A stretch of DNA of 64,000 nt, taken from the human T2T-CHM13v2.0 reference genome, Homo sapiens. Location: assembly GCF_009914755.1 (NCBI RefSeq), contig NC_060933.1. One strand, given 5' to 3'. The position numbers and the translations under genes were made by a program. The notes beneath the pieces were generated by a model. The model saw nothing but the letters and a program-made list of their open reading frames with translations. It was not told where the DNA came from and searched no databases. Below, one piece after another: positions 48,446 through 64,000 of this stretch. Position 1 is the stretch's first letter, and each line of letters begins with the position of its first letter.

Positions 48446-49149
48446 CTCTGCCCAGCTCCGTACAGGTGTAGCCTGCAGGTGGCACCTCCCACGGCAAGCG
48501 CAGCCGGCTGCCGCCGTGGAAGCCTGTTGGCTCTCCAGCCTGTGGCATATGCCGCACTACTGCTGCGGTCTTGGCTGGCGGGGCTGGGTGGGTGGCAGGG
48601 TGGGGGGCTTCCTCCTGGAAGCTGGTGGCAGCTCTGCTCTAATTAGTGACGCTGTTTACTTGGCACCGCCTCAACCTAGAAAAGCAAACCCTGGGCAGGC
48701 CCAAGCAGGCCTGGGGGATGGAACCAGCGGGCCGTGAAGGAGAGGTGCCCGCCACGCCCCTGCCTCATGGGGCCCAGGGCTGGAGACCACAGAGCCCTCC
48801 GCAGCCACAGCAGCCGAGCACAGGCCTGGACGTGAGCATGGCACCCAGCGTGGCACCCAGCCTCCACGTCCCCAGCCCCAGCCCTGGGTGCCAAGCAGTG
48901 GCCCCCAGCAGCAGACACACCAGGCTGGCCCTGCACCCTGGCCAGGGGCTCCAGCCACCCTCAGCCATGCCCTGAGGCCACCAGGCATCGAGGAAAGGGG
49001 CAGGTTTCCAGTGTCCCAAGAGAAGCCCTTCCAGCAGCGCCAGCTCTCCAGGGGCTGACCCAGGTGCGGGGAAATGACCCGCAGGGGACGAGGACGCCTG
49101 GGCACCTGGGGACCCATACACCCAAAAGCACATGCCCCCTGTGATATTC

Positions 49150-49733
49150 AACACACAGCACACACACCCACACAAACACAACACACACAGACACACAACA
49201 CACACAGATACATACACACGCGGTGCACGCACACCACACACAAACACATACACACACAAACACAATACACAGATACACACAGTGCACACACACCACACAC
49301 AAACACAACACACACAATGCACACAACACACACAGATACACACAGTACACACACACCACACAAAAACACACACAGACACACAAACACAACACACAGATAC
49401 ATACACATGCAGAACACACACCACACACAAACAACACACAGACACACAACGCACATAATACACACAGATACACACAGTGCACACACACCACACACAAACA
49501 CATACACACAGAGACGCACAAACACAACACACACAGATACACAGACACACAGTGTGCACACACAACAGATACACACATCACACACACACCATGCACACAC
49601 ATGAGATACACAACACACACAGGCACACAATACACAGACCACACATCACATATATTCCACATGCACACATCACACAACGCGAATACCCAGACAACACACA
49701 CTGTACACACATTCACATACAACACACACACAC
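49150..49733 (+). repeat. Second CA-rich low-complexity array
   Basis: Degenerate (CA)n following a duplicated unique segment. Confidence 0.95.
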
Positions 49734-52170
49734 GCCTGCCCGGGTCTGCAGGGCAGGCAAGGCCAGCCCAGGCTGCTAGGGTGACTGCGTCCAGGCACCT
49801 GCCCCTCCAGCTTTGGCTACCCCATGATGCTGTAGACGGCTCTAGACACCAACCACTCCCCTGGGGCACGGGGGGACTGGGCCACATGGAGGTGGCAGAT
49901 GCAAGGGTGGGAAGGAAGTGGCACAACAGCCAGTGATTTGTGAAGACCCTAGGGGAGGGTGCCACGGGAGAAGGCAGACGGAAACTCTGAAAGGGGTGAG
50001 ATGAGGTGGAGAGAAATCACAGGGAGAGTGGCCCTCAGAGGAGTGACAGGTAGGACCCGGGGTCACAGCTGCTGGCACCCCCCACCCTCTGGGCCCCAGC
50101 CCCTGCAACGCCCTCGGCCAGCCGCCAAGTGTGGTGACGCAGCCCCTAATAAAAGGCCCTGGCCTACGGCACACACGGGTGGCTCAGAGCTGCTGGGAGA
50201 CACCGTCCACCCCCGCCAAGGAGAGGCCACAGCCACGGCAGCAAAGCGTGAGGGCGGCAGTCCCCGCAGCAGGCCACCCGGCACCCCCCAGGGCCACTGT
50301 GGATAGCAACGTCTCCCAAGCCTGCGTGGCCCGGGCACCCAGCCCTGTGCCCAGCATGTTTCCCAGGCAACCATGCAGCTGTGGAGCCTGGGACCCGGCA
50401 GCGGCCGGCATGGGATGCCACCAGGAGAGGAGCCACGACATCCCCGCCTCGGGGTGCAGAACGGTCTGCTGGGCCCCCTTTGTGGGGGTACAGTGGTGAG
50501 CCTCTGTCAGCCGGCTGCCTCCACCTCTACCACACGCTGCCCAGCAGGACCAAATGCAGGACCAGGCATCAGCCATCTGGGGCTGGGCAGTGTTTATCCC
50601 CATTTCACAGATGGGGAAACTGAGTTCATTACATGACGACTTCATCCCAGGGCCCCACGTGGGACCTGAGCCCAGAGGCGGGGCAGCCCAGTGGGTGGGG
50701 AAGGAGAAATTCCTCTCCTGGAGATAGCCTGGCTATGCCTCTGAGGAGGCCCCAAGCCCTCAGAGGGAGCCCCTAGGTGGGAAGACCCCCTCCCCTACCC
50801 AGGGGAGCTGGATGGAGGAGTGTGGGCTGGTCTCTCCCGGCTAAGTTCCTGGAAAAGGCAAGTCTAAGCCCCTCCTCACCGGTCTGTGCCCTTTCAGCCC
50901 CACCCATCAACCCTGCTGGCTCTCCAGCCCCAGGCCCCTCTGCTGGTGCTTGGGAAGGACTGGGTGGGGCTCAGGTAGAAGCCCCCTACTCACCCGCTGG
51001 AAGGCCCAGGCCTCCCTGTCCGTCATGGGAGGCACCTGTGACTCAAAGGCCACTGCCCTGAGCACACAAGAACCCTGGGAGCTGGCGCCTCCAGGGAGGG
51101 GAGGGACGTTGTTGCCAGAGAAACCCTGAGGCGTCTGTGCGGGCTCCTCCCCGGAAGCTTCAGAGCCCTGCGCAGCCCCAGCACTCACCAGGGGCCTCAC
51201 CTGTACGATGCCCGCCCCCCGGCCCCCCAGCCCTGCTGTGGGCAGGATGGGGTGGGGCACACACCTGGGGCGCTCCACCCTGCTAGGCCCTGAGGGGCTG
51301 TGGGGGACAGAGCAGGGGAAGGGTCTCCAGGCACCACCAAGGACCCCACCCTGGCTGGCAGGGGGCAGGCACGCACTCGGGGCACCCCGCCCATGCCCCT
51401 GCTGTGCTCCCGAAGAACAGCAGGGGAGGGCGGGGCCATCAGAGTCCCCAGCAAGCCCTCCCAGCTTGCTGCACCCCTCATTTCTACATCCTCTCCGGGG
51501 ACCCCCCACCCAGCCAGCAGGGCCCAGCAGCTGCAGGCTTCCAGTCCGGAGCTGCTTCCGAACCTCGAAGCAGTTCTGTTGAAGGGGGGCCCATGGGGCA
51601 CTTTGGGCCTGGCCAGGGGACTGACAGAGGCACAGCCGAGTCCAGTGGCACCAAACTCAACCCTGAAGGCCACTCGGCTGCTGGAGTAGAACCTATCTAC
51701 TACCAAAACAAGTTAAAACTTAGCCAGGCTGGGGTGGTCAGTCGGGGGAGGAGTAGTAACGGGAGGGCTGTGGGGGGCCCGGCTGCCGGCCTCCCTCTCC
51801 TGCTGGGCCCCACGGCCCCTACTCAGGGTGTTGGGTCGCTGGGTCCTTGTATGCCGAGCTTCCCCGTAGGCCATTAGGCCAGTTTTTCAACTAAGGGTGC
51901 TAATTAGTTTGCAGGACAGGACGTGCTGCCCCCACTCCCTGCCCCACTCCCAAAGCGGGCGCCTTGGGGCCCAGGGGTCCCCTTAGGGACAGGCAGCCTG
52001 TCTGACCCCTGAAAATCCAGGGTTCTCCCAGGGGACCTACATGGCCATGGGGGTGCCAGCAGGTGGCACCCTCTCCCCATCCTGGTGGGGTTGCCCGCAG
52101 GGCTGTGCTGCCTGTGGAGAGGGTGAGGTCCCTGACACTCATCACCTGCCCCCCAGAAAATGTGTCCCTT

Positions 52171-52547
<377 letters not shown>

Positions 52548-53403
52548 TCAGATTGGAGCTGGGGGCAAAGGCTGGGAGGTGGCCTGGTCTCTCCAGCACT
52601 CAGGGTGTCCTGCCCCTCTGCAAGCAGCTGGGGGCAACAGTCCCTTGCTCCCCAGAGGTTGCTCAACCCTGTCCCAGGCAAGGCCATGCTGCAGGTGGCC
52701 CCTATCCTTGGGCAGGCGGCCGGGGCCAGGCAGCCCCCGCAGGAGCTTCTTGGACCGTTGGCCTCAACACGGCCAGGAGGTGTCCAGGTATCCCAGATGA
52801 GGCCCTCGTGGGTTTATTCCCACCGCGGATGGGCTCAGGTTTGTGCCGTCCTGGGTGGGCTTTTGGGGACAGCCTGACTTTGTCCATCAATGTCAGAGAA
52901 GCAGGGGGATGTTCACCTGGCCCAGGGCTGTGCACAGAGCCTGAGACCTGCAAGAGGAGGCAAATTCCTACTGAGTGTCCCAACCATCCCCTACCCGCGT
53001 CCCTTCATGCTGGGTTGTGGCCCCCAAGTGGACAAAACGAGACAGCAGTGCTGCCATGGGGACACACCAGTTCCTCCCTACGCTCACCTGTTCTCTGACG
53101 AGAGGGAGCAGCCCCTGAGGCCTGTCTGGGGTGTTGGCTTCATGAGGGTTCACAGTGTTACCAACAAGAGCCTGCGTGATCACAGAGCTCAAATACCACC
53201 CAGCCCTCAGCAGGCCCCACTCCCACAGAGCCCTGGGGTCAGGGTTCCAGGTGCAGGCCGAGGGTCCCCATGCACTTCAGCAGTTGTGCCAGCCCCAAAG
53301 CAGCCTTCCTCCATGTCTACAGGGGGTGGCCCCAGCAGCCGGCTCAGGGGAGAGCTCTGGCAGGAGCTGTGTATGGCTCCATGTTGCTCAGAAGAGAGCC
53401 CCT

Positions 53404-53933
<530 letters not shown>

Positions 53934-54639
53934 TTACTCTGTGCCACTAAAAAGCACACTCCTATGGCCGCTCCCTGACCTGTCAGGTTTAGGGGTTCCC
54001 CGTGCACCCCCACCTCTTGGCTTGTCTGACCACATATGTCCTTCCCACCCTCCTCATAAACTCAATATTCAGAATTTACATGAAAACACTATTTACAGCT
54101 GACCCTATAGGGTCTACAAATACTTTTCCTCTTGCTTTCCCCTTGGATTGTGTAATTTTCGGTGCTTATGAATAACTCAGCCTCAAATTTTCTTCCAATT
54201 GTCTAAATTTCCTGTGTACATACAAACATCTGAGGCAGGTATTATCACTTCAGTCTTCTGGAAGAAATTCCTCCAGAATCTTCTCCCCTGCTCCAAACTG
54301 GGCTGATGCCAGAGGAAGGGTGGCATCCCAGGATCTCCCCAGCAGGGTCATTCTGGGCCTCCCAGTGCTTCTGCTCTGAGGGGAACCCCCTGTTCCCTCT
54401 TCTCTTTGTAGTTAGGCTCCTTTGTTTGGGGCACCACGTCCCTCAAGTGGCTCCATGAGAAAGGGCACATGCCTGAAGGTGTCTTTATACCACCTGCCGT
54501 GTGAGCACTGGATGGTTAGTTTGGCTGGGTATAGAAGTCCAAATTGGGAGACATTTTCCTGGAGAACTCTAAAGGCCTTTCCACACTGTCTTCTAGCTCC
54601 TGGAGTTGCTCTTGAAAAGTCCAAAGCATGCCAGCCTGG

Positions 54640-56560
54640 AAATACCATGAACTGTGTGTCCAGAAAGACCCACCAAAGACTTGTGCTCCAGGATAGACCA
54701 CTTACAACTCATCAAGGCCGCATGGCTGGCGCTGGTCAGAAGGACACCAGCACCTCCAATGAGGTCAATGGGGACTCCCCTGAAGGCCAGGGGCTGTTAC
54801 AGACAGCAATAGAGATGAGAAGATCCTAAAATAACAGAGGCTGGAGGGTGATGCTTAACTGCTATGAGATTGCAAATATCCTAATTAATGGAAGGGTCAG
54901 AGGGGCATCACCCTGGAGAGTTATGGAGATGATAAACATGGTGTCCCTGGGGCAGGATAGATGGGCAGTTGTCAACTTGTACTAGCAGAGTAAATGAAGG
55001 ATGAGTGACTGATGGCGGTAGCCCCAATAAAAAGTCACAGTCTTTGCTGGGGTTTGGACCTGAGCCAGTCTTTAGACCTGGAAATGTTGATTGAAGAGGT
55101 TACCAGGAGGGACATGCAATATTCTGGCCAGCCCTTCTCCACAGGGACCTATAGGACCTGCGCTGGGATAGGGGACTGCTGGACATTTGAGGACAGTGGG
55201 GTCAGGGTGACACAGATACCCAGAGACCCAGAATGTCATCATGCCCCCACATTGGAGCAGTCATTGGCGGAGTTCTGCCCAAGCTGCAGTTCGCAGTGGT
55301 CCTTACCCCAGGCTCTAAATGAGGGCTGGGATTGACATGTGTGGAGGGGGCCACTGGGGCCCCCACATTGGACCCTTGATCTGCAGGATAAGAGCTCTAA
55401 TTATGATTCCATGGGGAAGGGCTGGGTGAGAAAAGGCCTCTGGGATACACATGCATCCAACAGGGCAGTGGTCTCGGGCGGCAGCGGTGTGCCCAGCACT
55501 CATCCACAGTGCCATGATGGTTGAAAACCTGGAAAGATTCCGAGGCCTACCTCATCCATAAAGTATTTAGAGGGGTGGTGATTGGGGTGTTGCTCGGAGG
55601 TCGGGGAGTTGCTCAGTGGTCGGGGAGTTGCTCAGTGGTCGGGGTGTTACGCAGTGGCTGGGGTGTTGCTCAGAGGTCGAGGAGTTGCTCAGTGGTCGGG
55701 GTGTTGTTTGGTGGTCAGGGTGTTGTGCGGTGGCTGGGGTGTTGCTCGGTGGTCGGGGTGTTGCTCGGTGGCCGGGGTGTTCCTCGGAGGTCAGGGTGTT
55801 GCTCAGCAGTCGAGGTGTCGCTCGGCAGTCAGGGCATCACTCGGTGGTTGGGGTGTCTCTCCATGGTCGGGGTGTTGGTTGGGGTGTTGTTTGGTGGTCA
55901 GGGTGTTGCGTGGTGGCTGGGGTGTTGCATGGTGGTTGGGGTGTTGTTTGGTGGTTGGGGTGTTGCTTGGTGGTCAGGGTGTTTCTTGGTGGTCGGGGTG
56001 TTGCTCCGTGGTCAGGTTGTTGCTCAGAGGTCGGGGTGCTGCTCAGTAGCCAGGGTGTTCCTAGGAGGTCGCGGTGTTTTTTGGCAGTTGGGGCATCACC
56101 CGGTGGTTGGGGCGTCGCTTGGTGGCTGGGGTGTCGCTCCATGGTCAGGGTGTTGCTTGGTGGTCTGAGTGTTGCTTGGTGGTTGGAGTGTTGCTCGGAG
56201 GTTGGGGTATTGCGTGGTGGCCAGGGTGTTGTTCAGTTGCTGGGATGTTCCTGGGCCTCTCCTCCAAAGTGAAAGCCAGATGGTTGTCTCTGCACCACCT
56301 GCTGCAAGGAAAGAAGCACAGACCCTGGAGGCCTGTTGGGTTCTGGGAGGCAGCACAGCCACACTGAGGAATATGCTCTGACCCTGTCCCAGGTGGCAGG
56401 AGGAGGACACACAGCAGGGAAGGACTCGGCGGCAGGCCCAGGCTGAGGAGCAGAGAGCCCTCCCGGGGCCATCGCGGCTGGCAGACCTGCTGGTGTTGCC
56501 CACAGCAGGGATGGGAAATGGGGCCAGGGGCTCATGGCAAGGCCCAGCATGAGAATCTCA
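54640..56560 (+). mobile_element. Decayed ERVL-type internal fragments (gag/protease/pol)
   Basis: ggggactgctggaca...gatacccagagacccagaatgtcat resembles ERVL protease; ctccaaagtgaaag...aagaagcacag...ttctgggaggcagcaca resembles ERVL RT (from recall). Confidence 0.55.
55575..56250 (+). repeat. 18-bp G/T-rich minisatellite (ggtcggggtgttgctcgg), about 37 copies
   Basis: Direct tandem repeats; 6-aa periodic ORFs. Confidence 0.92.
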
Positions 56561-56620
56561 GCCCAGGCCCCAGGGTTCTGAGCGAGGCTTTCATCTACAG
56601 CAGGGCAGGGAGCCACGCAC

Positions 56621-56980
56621 TGCTATGGAGTGAATGTGTGTCCCACAGTTCATAGGTTGGAGCCCTCACCCTCTGCGTGGGCAGTCGGAGTAAGGAAGTG
56701 ACGAAGGTGACAGGAGGTCCCAAGGCCAGACTCTGATCAGATGGGGCTGGTGTCCTAAGAAGGACACACACTAGAGAGCTGACTCTCACCACCCCAGGAG
56801 AGGCCGCATGAGGACACAGCACGGGGATGGCTCTCTCTCTGTCAGGACCCAGCCCTCACCAGAAACTGAATCAGAGAACCTTGACCTCACCCTGGCAGCC
56901 CCAGGGCTGTGAGGAATGAGCAGTCATTTAAGCCACCTTCCTATGGTGACTTGCCACACCAGCCCACGCAGACCAAGACA
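56621..56980 (+). mobile_element. MaLR LTR (MLT1-like)
   Basis: tgctatgga start, taaggaagt...gaggtc core, gaccaagaca end. Confidence 0.75.
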
Positions 56981-58737
56981 CACAGCTTTTGAAAACCAAG
57001 TCCTGCTGGGCTACTGGACCCCAGTGGAGACAGACACCTGGCCAGGCATGTCAGGGCATGAGGTGGCAAGAGCTGCCCAACGTGAGCTGGCACAGCCAGG
57101 CCCACCCAACCCTAAGGTGGCATGCCCAGCAGAGTTCGCTGTGCAATGGACGTGGACGCGTGAGGACAGACGTGGGGAAGGCAGAAGGCACCACAGTGTG
57201 GGCAGGTGCCCAGGCCCAGTCCCGCAGGGCCCACCCACCCTCGGGGGCTCTCCCAGGACCGCTGGAGGAGGGGTAGCTGGCCAGGCTTGGGTTACGGATG
57301 GATGGGCTCAGGGAGCACCGAAATGGGCGCAGCTGCATGCCAGTGCCTCTGGGGAGGCTCTGGAAGGCTGTGGTGCAGTCACCCTCAGGGGGACTCTGAC
57401 ACTGCCCCGGTCACCCTCGCGTGGGGGAAGGGACGCAGCCTGAGGGGAGAATAAAAATGGAGTCATGGGCCGAGGCAAATGGCCTCTCTGGCTGGTTAGG
57501 AATCTTCAAGAAAAAGATGGAGCCGTCAGGGAAAGGAGGCCTGGGCAGAGGCTTGTGGGGTGCGAGTGGGCTCCTGGGAGGCCTGGGCAGAGGTGTGCGG
57601 GGTGTGGGGGACTCCTGGGAGCAGAACAGTGCACGGTCTTTGTATCACAGTCTGTACCCTCCAGAGAGCATCTGCCGAGACACTGAGAAGCCATGCACAC
57701 GGCACCGTCCGGCCCGCCGGGCATCAGCCACCCCCGCTGGCCAGTAGTTCACCCACAAAGTGGCCATGATGGCAGACAGGCAAACTCTCAGGGACCCAGC
57801 AAGCGGTCCAGCTCTGTTCCCTGTCTCTCTCCATGCTGCACTCCTCCCCAGCCGTGCAATTCCACAGCGGGGTCTCCTCCCTGGCCCCTGACCTCTGTGA
57901 TGCACAGTTTGAGATGCAAACAAACTCCCTGAGTCGATGCAGTGGGGTGTGCGAGGGGCTCAAAGCTGACGCACCTGCACAGGAAACTCAGTCTGCCCTC
58001 CCCAGACGCCTGTTAGGCTGACCCTGGAGGCCCTGGGCCCAGGGGAGAGGAGCCCCCGCAGCCTGCAGAAGTAGGGAGGGGGCTGCTGCAGAGGTTGCAG
58101 GTTTTCATGGCAACCAGCAGCGGGTCACTGGGCCCAGGGTGGAAACCGCTCAGCAGAGGCTCAGGGGAGAGACTCTGCGAGGGTGGGTGGGGCCGGGCGG
58201 GGGTGCGCTCCTTCAGTGTCATCACGGTCAGACAGTCCATCAGACAGACGCAGGGCGGGCGCAGGGTGGGGCCCAACTGAGGCTGGCACTGTGGCCTGGG
58301 AGGAGCCCCGCCTTGCACCTCATGGCCATCTGGCAGGACATGTCCACTGCCAACAGTGAGCCCAGCATGGGCCTCGGAGGCCCAGCAAGGCAGACTCGGG
58401 GCTTCCTGAGACCACCTGGAGTAGCACCCACTCAGCTCCCAGGGTGCCTGGTCGCCTCCACCCCATGCTCCCCATAAGGCCCAGGCCAACCTGAGCACAG
58501 CCCCCGCTCTGCCCTTCCCTGGCCCTGTCCTCATGGTGAAGTGGTCCCAACACCTGGCATTGTCCTCCCTGCACTGCTGTGCCCGCTGCGGGACTGGCAT
58601 GTGCCCCTCTGGCCCATCTGGCTGCCCCGTGAGTGGCTCAGGGTTGCAGGGTCTGAAGCCACACATGAAGTGGGGGAAGGCTGGGGGCTGGGAACTGGGC
58701 CTTCCTCCTGTCTTGGGACCAAGGCCTCCGCTTGTGA

Positions 58738-60838
<2,101 letters not shown>

Positions 60839-61349
60839 TGTGCTGGCTGGATGCTTTCTCTGGTGGTCAGGCCAGGACCTCCCTGCCATGTCTGCGTGTC
60901 CCTGCATGCCCCAAGCCCTGCCATTCCTCAGGATTGCTAGGCTGTCCTCTCGGTGACATTGCTCAGAGTCTCCACTGGAGGAAAGTCCCAAGGCTGTCTG
61001 CAGGCCATGACTGAAACGTGCTGTCCCCTCAAAGGCACGGTGGCTGAGCCCAGGAGCCGGGTCCCTCACGGCCAGAGAGACGAACTTCCCCGACATTCTA
61101 GACGGACAGGGCCCTCCCGGAAAAAAGCTCTCTCAGTGTTCAACGGTGTTTGTGCGTCAGCCGCGTCGGCCCCGGGCTAGGAGCTGTGGTTCTGCTGGCC
61201 CCTGCGCGCCTAGAGACACAGGTGTTCTCCCCGACAAGGGGATGGGAGAAAGGGGACAGCCTGGTGTCCACCTGCCAGGACCTGGCTAAATGACAGTGGT
61301 ACATCCACAGCGTGAATTGGATACGGCCCCTGTTATGCTTGAGGAGAGT

Positions 61350-61635
61350 TTTTAATTTGTTTTTTGAGACAAGATCTGACTCCGCAGGATCACAGCTTAC
61401 TGCAGCCTCAAACTCCTGGGCTCAAGCGATCCTTCTGCCTCAGCCTCTCCAGTAGCTGGGATCACGGGCATGTGCCATCATGCCTGGCTAAATTTTTAAA
61501 GTTTTTTTTTTTTTTTTTTTTTTTGTAGAGACAAGATCTCCTTGTGTTGCTCACACTGGTCTCAAACTACTGGCCTCAAACGCTGAGTGCTTCCCAAAGT
61601 GCTGGGATTACAGGCGTGAGCTTCTGTGCCTGGCC
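61350..61635 (-). mobile_element. Alu (AluJ-like)
   Basis: Diverged reverse Alu. Confidence 0.88.
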
Positions 61636-61654
61636 GTGAAGACCTTTCAGTGAT

Positions 61655-62395
61655 GCATTTCAGTCCATTCCTGCTGCCGTAACAAAACACCTGAGCCGGG
61701 GTCATTGACACACAATAGACATTTATTTCTCACGCTTCTGGAGGCTGGAAGTCCAGGGTCTCGGTGCCAGCAGCCTCAGTGGGAGTGGGGGCTGCTCTCT
61801 GCCTCCCAGTGGGTGCCTCTTGCTGTGTCCTCTCCCGGCGGAAGGTGAGAGGACAAAGGGGAGGGGGCCTCGATGGCTTCCCAAGCGCTTCAATGGGGAC
61901 CCTGGTGACTTAATCACCTTCCAAAGGCCCCACGTCTTATAACGATCTTCTTGGGTCTCAGGTTCCAACATATGAAGGCTGGGGACACACAAACTCAAAC
62001 CACAGCAGTGACACCCGGGAAAACAGTTGTGACACGCTGTGACAAAGGAAAGCCGCAAAGCCACACGCGTGGACCTGATCCAAGTTACGTGATAGCGCAA
62101 GGGGGTGCATGGAGGACTGAGTGGGTGGTGATGCTGCCCCAGAGGCTGTCCCTGGGAACTGTGCGTGGGGACTTATTTGGGGAAAGGGTCTTTGTGGATG
62201 TAATTAAGGACCTCAACATAAGACCATCCTAGATTAGGGGTGGCCTGCAGCCCCTAGAGCTGACCTGGATGAGCATGGACCCTCCTCTGTGACCCCCAGA
62301 TTCTGAGCTCTGGTCCCCCGAGCTGTGAGGAAACACATGTTGTTTTAGGCCACCCAGTGCAAGGTCATTGGTACAGCAGCCCCGCGAGACTCCTT
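61655..62395. mobile_element. Two MaLR (MLT1-like) LTR fragments in opposite orientation
   Basis: atttatttctcacgcttctggaggctggaagtcc (about 61720); ttatttggggaaagggtctttgtggatgtaattaagga (about 62175). Confidence 0.7.
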
Positions 62396-63472
62396 CGAGG
62401 CCCACAGCTCAGCACAGCCACGTTTACCGAGTGCCCTCCGTATGCCAGCCACGGTTCTAACTGCTCAGCCTCCCGCAACCCTCGGAGGTGGAGATGGGCG
62501 GGGAACGCGGAATGCGCCTGGGCCTCACAGCTGGGGAGTGGATCTGGGATGTGTACCCCTGCACTGTGCGGCTTCTCTCCCCCAGAGGGTTTCAGACTTA
62601 CACCCGGCCATCGCACTCCGCAGACTGGAAACTCGCAACTCAAACCCCTAAAAGCGAAAGCTGGGGTGCATTTTCTGTTTGCCTTGGAGGGACTCCCTAG
62701 GATTTACTGGGGACGGCCGATTTGCCCTCCTCATCCTGTTTGGTTTGAGCTGATGTTAAAAGACTCGCCTCCCACCGCAGACCCGGGGGGAGACCTGGGG
62801 AGCTGCCCTCGGAAGCTGAGCAGCACAGACTCTCCCAGGCATGTGCACCTGTCTGTACATGTGTGCATGTGTGTGTGTGTGCGTGTGTGTGTTTCCCTGG
62901 CACTCACAGCATCACCATCTGCCAGGCTGGGTGGGGCGCAGATGAGGAAGACCAAGGAAGTTCCACACGACCTGCCTCGCCATGATGAGTGAGCGTGAGC
63001 TGCCTCCTGTGTGCCCTGCCTGCCCAGAGATCCCGGGGACATCACCTGGCTGACAAAGTCTGCAGCTGCCAGCAGTCGGCCAGGAATGCCGCATGGCCAG
63101 GTGTCTCATACTGGCGTGGGTGTCGTGCGGCCTCACGCGGCCCTTGAGCTATTTCCAGGTGTGGGTATCATCTCCCAGCGAGGTGCTCAGCCCTGGGGTG
63201 GGACAGACCGTTTCCTTCTGGCTCCCTGCAGAGCTTGTGGGCCCCTCCACCCACCCTGCAGTCCCCAAACTCCAGGGACTTGGAGGTCCCCAAGGAAAGG
63301 ACATGGCAGTGGGAGATGATGTCATGAGGGGACTTGGGCAATGGGGAGGAACACATGGCCAAGCTGGGAGGAAGAATAAGTTCATTCTCAGAGCAACGAG
63401 ATTATGTGAACATGGTAAACCCAAGTGTTCTTTTTAAGTGAGATTACTGGGAAACAAAGCTGAAACTGTTCC

Positions 63473-63475
<3 letters not shown>

Positions 63476-63537
<62 letters not shown>
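63476..63537 (+). repeat. Perfect (TG)n microsatellite, about 31 units
   Basis: Direct observation. Confidence 0.98.
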
Positions 63538-63541
<4 letters not shown>

Positions 63542-64000
63542 GGTGTCCTTCACTGTCTCCCTCCCCACTCCCGGCCTGCTTCTTCCTTCCCCAGCTTGGA
63601 ATCCACGGTTGAGGCTGGTCAGGAACCATCAGGACCCAGCATGGGTAATGGCAGCTGCTGGTGCCCTAGCCCCCACTGGGTCCTACAGTAGCTGCTTGTT
63701 GGGGAAGGGGCCTGAAAAGGTGGGAGCAGAAGGAAGCCAGGGTCTTGGGGCCGTGGGCTGCCACAGCCACCACAGAAACACTCCAACTTCTCCCAGCCCT
63801 AGCAAACCAGTGGAGGTGTGTGCTGGTGCTTTGTTCCTGGGGTGGCTTGGGGCCGCCTGGCTGCCTCTCCCGAGCCTGGCCCTCACCCAGGAGGCCACAC
63901 CAGCCTCGAGTGCCCACCTCCGTCCAGAGCCCCAGCTCCCCACTCCTGGGGGCTGAGCCAAGAACCCTGTGGCTGTCCCACCGTCGCCTCCCAGAGGCTT

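Noticed and set aside
48639-48646. CTAATTAG homeodomain palindrome (also near 51900)
   Set aside because: Isolated 8-mers; cannot be distinguished from chance without conservation data
55521-56272. Hydrophobic 215-aa ORFs resembling membrane proteins
   Set aside because: Products of the 18-bp VNTR, open in all three frames

Overview
GC-rich, Alu-dense primate (most likely human) genomic DNA. The main content is a multi-exon gene on the minus strand that I recognise as CCDC187 (chr9q34.3; from memory between QSOX2/LHX3 and GPSM1). I rebuilt 19 coding exons by hand using GT-AG boundaries and phase continuity, from an ATG at 43319 down to an exon at 1832-1983; the gene continues past the left edge. 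Exon 10 is a composite exon. It can read through to a TAA at 20921 that overlaps an ATTAAA poly(A) signal, giving 1063 aa. Alternatively it can splice at 21073 into a longer isoform (at least 1376 codons in this window) that adds a CEP350-like coiled-coil region. The remainder is Alu, L1, LTR13, LTR47, MaLR, ERVL and MER3 repeats, several minisatellites (two apparently born from transposon sequence), an intragenic CpG island, a homeodomain-motif-rich candidate enhancer and a local duplication. There is no prokaryotic-type system, CRISPR array or RNA gene. Most ORFs in the supplied track are GC-rich or low-complexity artefacts. Repeat family names and protein homologies come from recall and were not searched.
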